A DNA stretch of 64,000 nucleotides from Eledone cirrhosa (lineage: Eukaryota). The notes beneath the pieces are model-generated. The model had not been told where the DNA came from, did no database searches, and worked only from the letters and a program-made list of their open reading frames with translations. The stretch spans positions 36,332,001-36,396,000 of the forward strand of contig OZ024742.1 of NCBI GenBank assembly GCA_964016885.1. Direction: 5' to 3'. Shown piece after piece: positions 1 through 13,699 of this stretch. The position numbers were made by a program, and so were the translations under genes. Position 1 is the first letter of the stretch; each line of letters opens with the position of its first letter.

Positions 1-494
1 CTTCAGTCTCAATAGAAAATCTGAACTCTGACACCCCGAAGAGCTGGCCATATTCACTGAACCAGAACATTTCTCCCAATCCCTTTTCTCTTGACCACTA
101 TCTCTCCATTGTCATAACATTCACTATAAAGACTACAGAATAGTTTTCCAAATAAGGGCGCAAAAATGTATTGAAAACTTGTTCACGTGACAGCCAAATT
201 TCATTTATAACCAACCAAAAAAAAGCCTTCGTGAGCCTCCTTTTTTCAAGTAAAAAGAAATTTAAACACTCATATATGAAAAAAACAACCTGTGACAACG
301 CCCCTCCCCCCTCTCTCTTATTTGAAGAACTATTGTAACGCGAACTGGCGCGAAATTTATTATAATTATTGACAAACCAATCAAATTACTTCTCGAAAAA
401 CCTGGCATTTCGAGCCACTTTTTCCATATAAAACAAGTAACATTCAGAGACCAACCAGATGTGAGAAAAACCACAGACCCTCCATCTCAACTCA

Positions 495-532
495 CCTTTT
501 GAAAAGCAGAATAACTGCGAAACCGGTAAAGG
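495..532 (+). ncRNA. Minimal type I hammerhead ribozyme, U3-A8 core variant (family A)
   Basis: cctt-TTGAAAA-gcag/aataa/ctgc-GAAA-ccgg-TA-aagg. Stem I cctt/aagg, stem II gcag/ctgc, palindromic stem III ACCGGT. Confidence 0.75.
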
Positions 533-600
533 AACCAAATAAATATATATATTTAAAAAAAAAAAAGACTTCAGTTGCATTTTCGATTTCATCTCTTTTT

Positions 601-686
<86 letters not shown>

Positions 687-698
687 ATATATGTATAT

Positions 699-745
<47 letters not shown>

Positions 746-845
746 AAATTGAGGTTGGTAATGGCACATGGAATATATAAGAGACAGAATACTTTTTTGT
801 GAAAAAACATAATTTTATAAGGTAAGGAAATAATAAAGGGTATAA

Positions 846-893
846 AAAATGACCGGTTTCGATGGGTCTGCAAAAGCCATCTTTTCAAATGTT
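846..893 (-). ncRNA. Hammerhead ribozyme, U3-A8 variant (family C, inverted copy)
   Basis: Minus strand aacat-TTGAAAA-gatgg...ccatc-GAAA-ccgg-TC-atttt. Confidence 0.65.
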
Positions 894-1057
894 GATTAAT
901 ATTAAGAAAAATTAATAATACGAAGAGTTAAAATTTGAGACTTGAAAATTCAAGTATAAAATTCATTGTGGGATTTCATAGCAGTTTTCATCTAGGTAGC
1001 AACAACAGGTTGACTGCTGTGTCCCTTTCTGGTAGTGAATGAGAAGTTATTTGGGGT

Positions 1058-1687
1058 GTGGGTTATTTTATAAAGGTCAGATTTAGCAATAGCCAGCTGG
1101 TGGTCAGTGAGGGGGTGGAAGCAATATACAAAAACCTCCCCATCCTACTTAAAGATGTAAAAATGAAGTCTATTCTTGAAACACACAAGATCCTTAAAAG
1201 TAAAAGACAACCCAAATCACTTAAACGCATTCTCACTGGACCAAATATACCCAAACCAATCCTCAACCCTACAGTTACCAAATGTGGTAGAACAAACTGT
1301 GGAACGTGCCTCTACCTCACTGAAGGACAAACATTTACATTCAAAGATGGCCAAACATTTACAGTAAAAAACAATTTCACCTGCAACTCGGAGAACTTGA
1401 TTTACGCAATAACTTGCGGTGGGTGCAAACACAACTACATAGGACAGACGGGCACCTCATTACGCAAAAGAATGACCATCCACCGCCAACAAATCCGGGA
1501 CGCTAACACAAGAAAAATCCCCTTGAGCAGCCATATTGCGAACTGCGCAGGAATGACACTACCCAACTTTAAAATCTTCCCCTTCTACAAGTGCTCAGAT
1601 TCGTTCACACAACAACAAAGAATAAACAAAGAAAATCTATTCCTTAACAAATTTAAACCAAAACTAAACGGGTTATCACCCCAATAG
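1058..1687 (+). pseudogene. Penelope-like GIY-YIG endonuclease, C-terminal fragment
   Basis: CGRTNCGTC linker, NLIYAITCGGCKHNYIGQTG (GIY-YIG), RKRMTIHRQQI, ENLFLNKFKPKLN. The first ~24 codons derive from the inverted pLTR and no RT is present. Confidence 0.88.
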
Positions 1688-2150
1688 AATTGTCATAAAA
1701 TATAAACACACATACGCACGGAATCACTACTATTAAAGACCAGAGACCAATTCTGTAGAATCAGGTTTATTCATTGACAGACCATGCCTTTGTGTGACCA
1801 ACACATCCATGTTAAACCCTGCACGTGCACACACGTATATCTATATATATATGCGCACACAGAATTATTTTAATTTCACTGCCCCAACTTCTTATATTAT
1901 GGAAAAAATATATGTGTCTGTATGTATATATATATATATATATATTTGAAGGCCATTTCTCTGTGTGTGGGTGTATGTATGTGTGTGTGTGTGTGTGTGA
2001 GTATGTGTGTGCATGTGGATGTATGTATTGTGTGTGCGTGTGTGTGTGTGTGTGTGTATGTATGTGGGTATCTGGATGTATGCGTATGTGTATATATATA
2101 TATATATGCATGTGTGTGTGTGTGTGTATATATATGTGTGTGTATGTGTG

Positions 2151-2181
<31 letters not shown>

Positions 2182-2239
2182 ATGTTTGTATGTGTGTATG
2201 TATATATATATATATATGTGTGTGTGTATGTATGTGTGG

Positions 2240-2323
<84 letters not shown>

Positions 2324-2326
2324 GTG

Positions 2327-2359
<33 letters not shown>

Positions 2360-2398
2360 ATGTATGTGTGTATCTGGATGTATGTGTATGTATATATA

Positions 2399-2457
<59 letters not shown>

Positions 2458-2829
2458 ATGTGTATATATGTGTGTGTGTGTGTGTATGTATATGTATGTG
2501 TGTGTGTATGTATGTGTGTATATGTATATATATATGTATATATATATGTATGTATATGTATGTGTATGTATGTGTGGATGAAGGTATGTGTGTGTATATT
2601 GCTTCCACCCCCTCACTGACCACCAGCTGGCTATTGCTAAATCTGACCTTTATAAAATAACCCACACCCCAAATAACTTCTCATTCACTACCAGAAAGGG
2701 ACACAGCAGTCAACCTGTTGTTGCTACCTAGATGAAAACTGCTATGAAATCCCACAATGAATTTTATACTTGAATTTTCAAGTCTCAAATTTTAACTCTT
2801 CGTATTATTAATTTTTCTTAATATTAATC

Positions 2830-2877
2830 AACATTTGAAAAGATGGCTTTTGCAGACCCATCGAAACCGGTCATTTT
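2830..2877 (+). ncRNA. Hammerhead ribozyme, U3-A8 variant (family C) in Penelope pLTR
   Basis: aacat-TTGAAAA-gatgg/cttttgcagac/ccatc-GAAA-ccgg-TC-atttt. Stem I has one mismatch. Confidence 0.65.
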
Positions 2878-3149
2878 TTATACCCTTTATTATTTCCTTA
2901 CCTTATAAAATTATGTTTTTTCACAAAAAAGTATTCTGTCTCTTATATATTCCATGTGCCATTACCAACCTCAATTTTCTCTATAACCTTCGTTTTGTGT
3001 AGAAAATTACACTTTTCATATATATATATATATATATAAGTTGAAAAAAAAATGAAAACGAAATTTCATTTCTCACTCTTAGCGTGGCACTTACTTAAAT
3101 GTATATATATGTGTGTATATATGTATATATATATATATATATATACATG

Positions 3150-3260
<111 letters not shown>

Positions 3261-3279
3261 ATATATATATATATAAATT

Positions 3280-3310
<31 letters not shown>

Positions 3311-3319
3311 GTATATATG

Positions 3320-3350
<31 letters not shown>

Positions 3351-3409
3351 GTATATATGTATATATATATATATATGTATATATGTATATATATATATAT
3401 GTATATATG

Positions 3410-3514
<105 letters not shown>

Positions 3515-3554
3515 AATATATAAGAACAAAAGATGGTTAAAAGAGTTCCATGTA

Positions 3555-3621
3555 TTTTATTATGCGCATTTCAAAAACAAATATCATCATGCAATAATAT
3601 TTGTGTTTTCATCAGATAAAA
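3555..3621 (-). ncRNA. Hammerhead ribozyme (family B)
   Basis: Reverse complement of the 14830-14896 motif. Confidence 0.8.
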
Positions 3622-4089
3622 CATGAAGACATGATATGAAGGTTAAAAAAAACTTGTGGATAGTTCATTTTTAAATCAACATATGAGAAGTAGTTTTAGA
3701 TTGATGTGTGATATTGGGAAAAATATTTTATTTAGAGGGGGGGGGGTTCTGTTCAAATGCGATTTGGTGCAGGAAAATAGGGGTTTATCTTATTTTTTAT
3801 TTCCGCGTATTTATCCTGCCGAAAGTTACTATTACGCCCGTCCAGTGTCAGGGGTTTTCATACCCATGGTAGAAGGAATTTCCGGGGTAGCTCTTGGTTG
3901 GTTCCTCTCTTCTCCACCATATCGGTTAGATGATAGAGCGCTCACCTAATTGGAGCTAAATTATTAGGGTAAACATTGATGCAATTCATTCAAGCACTCA
4001 ACGTACTTTTTCCACATAGGAGTGACGGAGTAAATATCGAATAAGGAAAAGCGAAGTAGTTTCAATTGTTCAAGTCCTTTAATAATAAT

Positions 4090-4165
4090 GCTGTGATATA
4101 TATATTTCAATGACGACACTGACCACACTGTTCTGTGTGCGAGTGTCGTGTCATCATCAGACAGC
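4090..4165 (-). ncRNA. Hammerhead ribozyme (family D)
   Basis: Minus strand gctgt-CTGATGA-long stem II-GAAA-(ta)n-TC-acagc. Confidence 0.72.
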
Positions 4166-4230
4166 TTGTTACATAATAAGGTTGTTTCCGAGGCAATCCA
4201 AATTGAATCGACATGGGTTCATCCGTTCCT

Positions 4231-4366
<136 letters not shown>

Positions 4367-4402
4367 TTACATATATACATATATATATATATACATATAT
4401 AC

Positions 4403-4501
<99 letters not shown>

Positions 4502-4512
4502 CATATATATAT

Positions 4513-4545
<33 letters not shown>

Positions 4546-4624
4546 TATATACATATATATATATATATAATATACATATATATATATATATACATATATA
4601 CATATATATATATATATAATATAC

Positions 4625-4673
<49 letters not shown>

Positions 4674-4689
4674 CATATATATATATATA

Positions 4690-4780
4690 TGATGGCTGCC
4701 CCCTCGTTATCGAGTATGGCCATTGCACAAGAAAAAAAAAAATAAAAAAATAAAAAAAAAAAAAAATAAATAAAAAAAAA

Positions 4781-4812
<32 letters not shown>

Positions 4813-4833
4813 TAAAAAAAAGAAAAAAAAAAG

Positions 4834-4898
<65 letters not shown>

Positions 4899-4966
4899 CA
4901 TACATATATACATACACACATACATACACATACACTCACACATATATACACACATACATTAATAAC

Positions 4967-5015
<49 letters not shown>

Positions 5016-5094
5016 GCAATAATAATAATAACGACAACAACAATAATAATATACATATTCATATATATATACACACACACGCACGCACATAAGC

Positions 5095-5150
<56 letters not shown>

Positions 5151-8100
5151 TAGCAACTAACAGTGCTGCGATCGAATGTGGCTTTTTAGCCCAGCCAATG
5201 ATCTAAAATGTCTTGCACAGAGTCGGCAACCAAAACATTCACTGGGAATAGTCGGCTGTGGTTGGAGTTCGTGTACTTTTGCATGTCGCTTGAGCCCTCC
5301 TGCTGATTTACATTCTCTACCACATGTTTGGCAAGCATGATGAGTAGCATCTCCAACAGCAGCCTGGTAGTCAACCACTGGTCTTACTTTATGACTGCGA
5401 AGATGACTTTCGAGTCCAGCTTTGCTTAGGCAGAGTCTCGCACAGACGCTGCATGTCAGAACCATAGGAGGACCCTCGCCGCCTGGAAGTGCAACAGCAA
5501 TGCCCTTCCTCACGTCCCGCTTTACTTTCTCGTGTGCGATTCGAGATGCCTCAAAGGCAACTTTTCCCTCATATACAGTCTTTCTCCATTTATTACGATT
5601 AGCAGCAATATTTTCCCATGTATCAGCAGAGATGTTAGCGTCTTTCAGAGAGGCTTTCAAGGAATCCTTATACCTCTTTTTTGGTTTATGTGACGGTCGT
5701 TTTCCTTTAACCAACTCTCCATAGAAGAGTTGTTTTGGTATTCTAGAATCCTTCATCCTGGCAAGGTGACCACTCAAACGGAGTCGTTGCTTAAGCACAA
5801 GAGCTTCTATACTGTCACACATAGAGCTTTCCAAAATCTCGACATCACTGATGTGGTACCTCCAGTGAACGCCATGGATCCGTCTGAGACACATCTGATG
5901 GAAACGCTCCAATTGCTTAAGGTGGCGTCGATATGTGACCCAGGTCTCGCAGGCATAAAGAAGACAAGACAGTACACATGCCCTGTACACCTTTACCTTT
6001 GTCCTCCTGCATATGTCTCGCCGACCCCAGAGTCGCCTTTCTAGCTTTCCGAAAGCATCATTTGTTTTCCTAATCCTAAGTGAGATTTCACTGTCAAGGT
6101 TGCCGTATCGATTGACAGTGCTTGCCAGGTAGACAAACTGATCAACCACTCCAAGTCGTTTGCCATACACATAGATGTTTGGTTCAGTGTACTGCTTACC
6201 AGGGGCAGGTTGGTACATGACGACGGTTTTCTTGAGACTGACAGTCAGACCTAGGGCAGTGCAAGCGTCACAAAATGCATTCAAAATGTGCTGCATATCA
6301 CTCTCTGTGTGCGCTACAAGATCGCAATCATCTGCATACAAGAGATCTCTTATGGTTGATGTAAATACCTTTGTCTTCGCAGCAAAGCGCCTGATGTTAA
6401 ATATGCTGCCTGAGGTTCGATATCGGATATAAACACCATGCTCTCAATTCCTGAATGCAATACAGAAAACCATTGCAAAGTATATGGCAAACAGGGTCGG
6501 TGCTGGAATATCCCCCTGTTTCACTCCATTTTTTACTGAGATAGGCTCCGACATGTTACCTCCGACATTAACCCAAGCCTTCATGTCGTCATGGAAAGAC
6601 CTAACTAAAGCAAGGAACTTATCAGGGCAACCAAGTTTCTGGAGAACCTTCCATAATGCATCTCTGTTGACAGTATCGAAAGCCTTTGTCAGATCGACAA
6701 AAACCTGATACAGATCCAAGCCCTGTTCAATGCACTTCTCCTGGATCTGTCTAGCTGAGAAGATCATATCAGTAGTGCCGCGTCCAGCACGAAAACCAGA
6801 TTGACTTTCAGGAAGGACACAATCTGCAATGTGTGTCAGCAGACGGTCCAGAAGCACCCTACATAAAACTTTCCCTACGACAGAAAGCAATGATATACCT
6901 CTGTAGTTCCCACAATCATTCCTGTTACCCATTCCCTTGTACAAGACCACCATTACTGCATCTCTCCAGTCCTCAGGCACGGATTCATTAGCCCATATCC
7001 TTCCAAACAGAGAGTGAAGATGTTGCAGGAGTCTCTCACCACCATATTGTAGGAGCTCAGCATGTATGCCATCCATACCTGGAGATCTTCCACTGTTCAG
7101 CTTCGAAATAGCCACTGCAGCCTCCACAAGCGTCGGAGGTTCTGCGAGAGCTACTTTCACAGGACTTTCCGGAATGAGATTGAGGAAATCTTCACTGACG
7201 ACAGACGGCTGATTCGAAAGATCATCAAAGTGCTCTCGCCACCTTCGTAGAATTCCTTGTGAGTCACGAAGAAGTTCCTTGCCATCCTTGCTGCGAATCG
7301 GTGTCACCAGAGAAGAAGACGGTCCATAAACCTCACGCAAGAGACTGTACAACAGCTTTGTGTTATTGCAATCAGACGCAGTTTGTATCTCACCAGCCTT
7401 CTCACTCCACCACTGATCCTTCATCTGAGAAAGACTCCGCCTAACACGTGACTTTACATCCCTGAGTTCCTCATGCAACGTATTCCTCTCCTGTGGTTTT
7501 GCCGTCAAGTAGCGTGACAGAACACGCCTCTTATCAGCCAACAAGTCTTCTATATGTACATCATTCTCATTAAACCAGTCCTGATGTTTTCTCTGCACCA
7601 ATCCCAGAACACGTCTGCCTACATCATAAACCGACTTTTTAAGGGTCGGCCAATCCTCACCAAGATCTGCAGCCTGCATCTCTTCTTCCAATGTCCTCTT
7701 CACATTTTTATCCTTAAGACGAGCAGCATTCAATCTTTTGGGCAGGGTAACACCAGGAGCCCGGATTTTACGTTTGGTGATTAGATTCACTTTTGCGCGT
7801 ACCAGGCGGTGGTCCGTCCAGCACTCAGCTCCACGAAGAACACGAACACACTGCACATCCTGTCTGTCACGCATCCTGACTAGGACGTAGTCCAAAAGAT
7901 GCCATTCCTTAGATGCAGGATGCATCCATGTGGTCTTGAATTTGTTCTTTTGTTGGAACATGGTGTTGGTAACACACAGATCCAGCTCCTCACACATCTG
8001 CAGCAAGAGCATACCATTGCTGTTACACTTTCCCACCCAATGCCTTCCGATTACATTCCATGTGTTAAAATCCCTACCCACTCTAGCATTAAAGTCACCA

Positions 8101-9080
8101 AGCACGATGACTTTGTCTGCCTGAGGGATATTTCTTAGAACACCTTTCAAGGCATGGTAAAAGGACAGTTTTTCTTCGTCGACAGAATTCATAGTTGGAG
8201 CATACACACTCACCAGGGTAGCATATCTTCCCTTGTCCAGCGGAACTCTCATGGACATAAGACGCTCACTAATCCCTACTGGGAATTCTTCTAATTTATT
8301 CACCAGTACAGTCTTAACAGCAAATCCTACCCCAGCCTCTCTTCTGGTTCCTTCATCTCTTCCTTTCCAGAAGAATGTATATTCTCCACAAAATTCCGTA
8401 AGATGACCATCTCCAGCTAACCTCGTCTCAGACAAAGCCACGATGTCAAGATCGTAACGTCGAAGCTCCTTTGCAACAAGAGCGGTCCTTCAGGACGCTC
8501 CAAAGAATCCCTGTCAAGCAGCGTCCGTACGTTCCAGCAGCCAAGACTAAATGCCCTGTTTGGCTCTATTACAATGGCACGATGACGGGCGGGCCCAGGT
8601 TGTGATAACTTGGGGCCCCTGCCTTTATTGCCAATGATCTCTTTTGTTCCAGAACCCAAATTGGCAATTATCTCGTTTGCATTGTTCTGGAACATCATTG
8701 AATTGGGAAAAAAAAAAAAAAAAAAAAAAAAAAGTAATAATAATAGTAATAATAATAATAATAATAATAATAGTACACTATTAATAATTATTAATGCACT
8801 CGTGCAATGCCTGTGCGTGACGAATATTTTTAAAGTGAGGAAAGACTGTGCACTGAGCCAATCCCACTCTCTGAGCGACAGTAGCTATAACCCGAAAAGA
8901 AGAAAAGATCAACAACATCGGTAACTACTGAGCCGCAGGTTTTATATCGGAGTTAACCCAGTTTCCTGAGATGCCTTCTCCTAGAAGAATACCCTGACAA
9001 GGGCTAGGGGTCCTTCACTCCCAGTGGTTTAACTGCGCGATCGGGCATCCAGCCCGATTATTTCTATGTCCCCGCGCAAA
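4690..9080 (-). mobile_element. RTE-clade LINE, near full length
   Basis: APE+RT ORF. 5' UTR (~8790-9080) is homologous to 43690-43880 and 53955-54122. 3' terminus ...ggccatactcgataacgagggggcagccatc runs into (TA)n. Confidence 0.9.
5157..8698 (-). pseudogene. RTE ORF: AP endonuclease, reverse transcriptase, three C2H2 zinc fingers
   Basis: WNVRTL, ALSETR, GDFNARVG, LDYVL, TDH (APE); NYRGISLL, FVDLTKAFD, GVKQG, YADD (RT). One frameshift near 8490 and one in-frame TGA at 6444-6446. Confidence 0.92.
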
Positions 9081-9264
9081 AAAAAAAAAAAAAAAAAAAA
9101 TCACTTATTGACACTTATACGTACGACATACACACACGCGCATACATATGCGCGCGCACAGCAACACTCATACATACAACAAACACACACACGCTACTCT
9201 ACTCACTTACACGCACACACACACATATATATATATATATTACCGTCATTACTGATACAAGATT

Positions 9265-9356
9265 AACTTTGCCTTTCATCCTTACGGGGTCGATAAAATA
9301 AAGTACCAGTAATGTACTGGGTAATTTCTGGCCTTGTGCCAATAGTAGAAACAATT
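9265..9356 (+). repeat. SINE 3' part (recurrent)
   Basis: tttgcctttcatccttacggggtcgataaaataaagtaccagt...ggccttgtgcca.tagtagaaacaatt. Whole or partial copies at 35402-35490, 42425-42483, 30862-30895(-) and 39550-39592(-). Confidence 0.65.
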
Positions 9357-10336
9357 ACTGATACAAGATTACAAGATTATGTCAACTGTTGACTTTCAAG
9401 AGTTTGTATAGTTGAAGCCGATCGTATTACAGTCCAGTATTACTATAATTGCTTTACAGCATAGAGTTATGGCTCTCCACGGAGTCAACAAAAGAGAGTA
9501 CCAGTGATGCGCTGGGCCAGTCGCTGGATCCGTGCCAAAAGCAGAAAAATTATTATTAAAGTTGTTCTTAAGGCGAGGTCGCTGGTGATGGTGATGGCGG
9601 CGGCGGTGGCGGCGGCGGTGGCGGCGGCGGTGGCGGTGGTGGTGGTGGTGGCAGTTAATGTTGTTGTGTTGTGTGTGTGTGTGTGTGTGTTTTGTTATTT
9701 TGAGTTTTTTTTTTTTTCCTTTCTTCTTTTTTTTTTTTTCCCCTTCCCCTTTTCTTTTTTTCTTTTCCCTTCCTTTTTTTATGTTTTGATGCCGCTGTTG
9801 TTGTTGTTGTAATTGTTGTAAATGTTCATTTCAGTTCATTCTGAAGCTGTTGTTGCTGTAAACATTAGTGCCGGTGTTGTTGTCGTTGTAGATGTTGGGG
9901 TTGAAATCTGGTTGTTTGACTGAGTGATGTATATACACACATATACATACACACACATATATATATATACATTCAACAGAGAGTAGAGAGTTTGACAACA
10001 GGTCGATGACTTTAGTCTCGATAGGGTATGGTAATGACATGTGATGGTGGGGAGAGGGTGTAGACGTTATTGTGGTGGTGGGTAGCAAAATTTGAATTCT
10101 AGCCATGTTATATTGAGATGTAAGTAAATGTAAAATATAAATAAGGATTGCTCTGCTAAAATATACTAAAATATTTGTGTAACTTCCACAAACTTCTGTC
10201 GTGACATTCCCGAGTCCAGTGACCAAAAAATTGTTGTATTTTGATGTTTCAGAATACAAAAATTAATTAAAAACTTACCCCACGAAAAGACAGCGTGTGT
10301 TGTCCTATTTATAAGCTCCCTCATACATATATATAC

Positions 10337-10367
<31 letters not shown>

Positions 10368-10368
10368 C

Positions 10369-10435
<67 letters not shown>

Positions 10436-10448
10436 CATATATATATAC

Positions 10449-10531
<83 letters not shown>

Positions 10532-10549
10532 CATATACATATACATATA

Positions 10550-10591
<42 letters not shown>

Positions 10592-10606
10592 TACATATAT
10601 ATATAT

Positions 10607-11401
10607 ACTATATTATATTTTGAGAATAAACTCTCAGTCGTTTACAATAATTAAGCTCCAGGAAAAGGGGCTCTTCCGAGCAGTCAAATACATTTAAAAT
10701 ATATGATAAACACGAAATGTGTTTACATTGCAACAGACAAAGTTAGCTATTAATGAAATAAACTAATTAAGGTGAATACAATTTGTCTGTCTCGATATAA
10801 GTCAATAAAGACAAGCTTATATTGGCAACGGCCATGATTCCTGGACAGATTTAAATTTCAAAATTCAAACCTGTTCTGTAGACGAATTTGAACCTCAAAA
10901 CCTAAATAAGTTTTGCAACGGTGGAATGTGAATTGAAAAATAAAGAGAATCGAAATGGAATAGAAATAAAAAAGTGAAATATCCAAATCTTCTGTGCTTA
11001 TCAACAGGAATCCAGTAAAATTAGTACATCTCACGTCAAAAATTTTGCAGGTCTGACTACACGTGTGTAGGCAGGCCAAAACTAGCCGTCCCACATTCAC
11101 GGTGCTAGAAATAACAGCCGCTTATGCAGGATTAAGGATCAGCTCTACAATAAAGGAGCCATACACTATATTATATTTTGAGAATAAACTCTCAGTCGTT
11201 TACAATAATTAAGCTCCAGGAAAAGGGGCTCTTCCGAGCAGTCAAATACATTTAAAATATATGATAAACACGAAATGTGTTTACATTGCAACAGACAAAG
11301 TTAGCTATTAATGAAATAAACTAATTAATTAGTTTATTTCATTAAAAGCTAACTTTGTCTGTTGCAATGTAAACACATTTCGTGTTTATCATATATTTTA
11401 A

Positions 11402-11405
<4 letters not shown>
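10607..11405 (-). mobile_element. Retrozyme-like non-coding partial tandem (558-bp period) with terminal fold-back
   Basis: 10607-10770 is repeated at 11165-11328, and 11330-11405 is an inverted copy. Embedded in (TA)n and contains an HHR-like motif. Confidence 0.6.
10836..11012 (-). ncRNA. Hammerhead-like motif, U3-A8 core, expanded stem II (family M)
   Basis: Minus strand gattcctg-TTGATAA-(~140 nt)-GAAA-tttaaatctg-TC-caggaatc. Perfect 8-bp stem I, but stems II and III are imperfect. Confidence 0.45.
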
Positions 11406-11462
<57 letters not shown>

Positions 11463-11463
11463 T

Positions 11464-11535
<72 letters not shown>

Positions 11536-11667
11536 GTGAGGTTTTTTTTACAAAATGAAAAATAACCGAGGTGTCCTACACGAGTGAAAGTATAAAGAAA
11601 AAGAGATGAAATCGAAAATGCAACTCGAGTCTTATTTTTAAAAAAATATATATATATTTATTTGGTT

Positions 11668-11705
11668 CCTTTACCGGTTTCGCAGTTCTTCTGCTTTTCA
11701 AAAGG
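11668..11705 (-). ncRNA. Hammerhead ribozyme, family A
   Basis: Reverse complement of cctt-TTGAAAA-gcag aagaa ctgc-GAAA-ccgg-TA-aagg. Confidence 0.75.
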
Positions 11706-12010
11706 TGAGTTGAGATGGAGGGTCTGTGGTTATTCGTGGAAGCTACCCTCCATACGGCCCACAGTTACATCTAAGGATGGGCTTGTCTTTTAACGTCCCT
11801 TATGTAGAGTATATTACGCAGCTGTACCTCCATGCGGCCAACAGTTACATCTAACATCCATGATATAAGGTTGGGTCTGTATGTCCCTCCATACGGCAGC
11901 TGTTGCTGCTCATATAAGGCTGGGTCTGTTTTTTAACGTCCCTCACATAGAGTTTATTGTGGTAGCTGTCCACCACACTGCAGAAACCACAGACCCTCCA
12001 TCTCAACTCT

Positions 12011-12048
12011 CCTTTTGAAAAGCAGAAGAACTGCGAAACCGGTAAAGG
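12011..12048 (+). ncRNA. Hammerhead ribozyme, family A
   Basis: cctt-TTGAAAA-gcag aagaa ctgc-GAAA-ccgg-TA-aagg. Confidence 0.75.
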
Positions 12049-12118
12049 AACCAAATAAATATATATATTTTAAAAAAAAAATAAGACTCCAGTTGCATTT
12101 TCGATTTCATCTCTTTTT

Positions 12119-12219
<101 letters not shown>

Positions 12220-12256
12220 TATATACATATATACATATATACATATATATACATAT

Positions 12257-12332
<76 letters not shown>

Positions 12333-12334
12333 TT

Positions 12335-12473
<139 letters not shown>

Positions 12474-12610
12474 CATATATATGTAGGAGGTGAGTTTTAT
12501 TGTAGTACAATAAAGCAATGCAGATATCGGATAATAAGCACTCTACAGTTTGTAGGACTGGAGTATACATAATATATAAGAACAAAAGATTGTTAAAAGA
12601 GTTCCATGTA

Positions 12611-12677
12611 TTTTATTATGCGCATTTCAAAAACAAATATCATCATGCAATAATATTTGTGTTTTCATCAGATAAAA
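12611..12677 (-). ncRNA. Hammerhead ribozyme, family B
   Basis: Mirror copy of 14830-14896. Confidence 0.8.
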
Positions 12678-13699
12678 CATGAAGACATGATATGAAGGTT
12701 AAAAAACACTTGTGGATAGTTCAGTTTTAAATCAACATATGAGAAGTAGTTTTAAATTGATGTGTGATATTGGGAAAAATATTTTATTTAGAGGGGGGTG
12801 GAAAGGATGAAAAAGAGGAGGAGATGAGAGTAAAAAGTGGAGAGGGAGGAGTATAATGAGGAAGGATGAGATAGGAGGAGGGATGGGCGATAGATAGAGA
12901 GAGATAGCTTTTATAACTGAGAAAGATATATTGTTTTACATAGAGAGGTTGAAAACCGTTGGAAGATAATGAATAAATTAAAAGAATTTGAAAATTAACG
13001 AAGAGAAAAATAATGTAAAGTTAAGGTTTGTATATTGAGGGGTTTGATAATATGTGCGATGAAAAAAGAAAATGTTAATATGTATTGAGAATAATGTTTA
13101 AGGGTTTAATAATATGTGCAATGTTAAGAAGATGTTGATATGTATTATTAAAAGGAACAACAGGTTATTTAAGTATGGAAATATTGTGAGATGAATGAGT
13201 TAGATGAAAGGGAGAAAAGAATAATGAATTGAGGATGAATAATCTAACGTCAAAAAAATGTATATGTTTACGAAGGATTTTTACAAGGTGATATAGAGTA
13301 AGAATGTATTGTATTATGTAATAATTGATTCTATGTTAGGCAAGAGTGAGAAAAGGTACAGATTAGGGGTTAGACATTAAAAGAAGAAGAGAAGAATGAT
13401 TAACAAGTATTATAGAATGTATGATAACCTTTGAAATAAGGTAGAAAGATGGGTATATGTTTAAAAGAAGTGTATATATATATATATGTGCCTTTGAGAA
13501 AAAGATTCTAAATTGATAAAGAATTGAATATTAGCTGTATACTTTGTGAAATGTTTTATGGAATTTATGCAAGCAGATAGAAAACAAGTCAGTGCGTCTA
13601 TTTATTATAGAATCTAAATTAGAAATAATGGTAATTTTTTCATTTAGGCAGAGATTGCAAATTTTGGATAGAGAACTGTTCAACCTGTGGGATAATTCT

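Larger units (their letters stand above)
740..2983 (+). mobile_element. 5'-truncated Penelope-like retroelement with inverted pseudo-LTR
   Basis: GIY-YIG C-terminal ORF followed by a 3' region containing an HHR. ~740-1128 is the reverse complement of ~2595-2983. Flanked by (TA)n. Confidence 0.85.

Noticed and set aside
10615-10660. TTGAGAA-taaac...gttta-CAA hammerhead-like string
   Set aside because: G12 is absent and there is no stem I partner.
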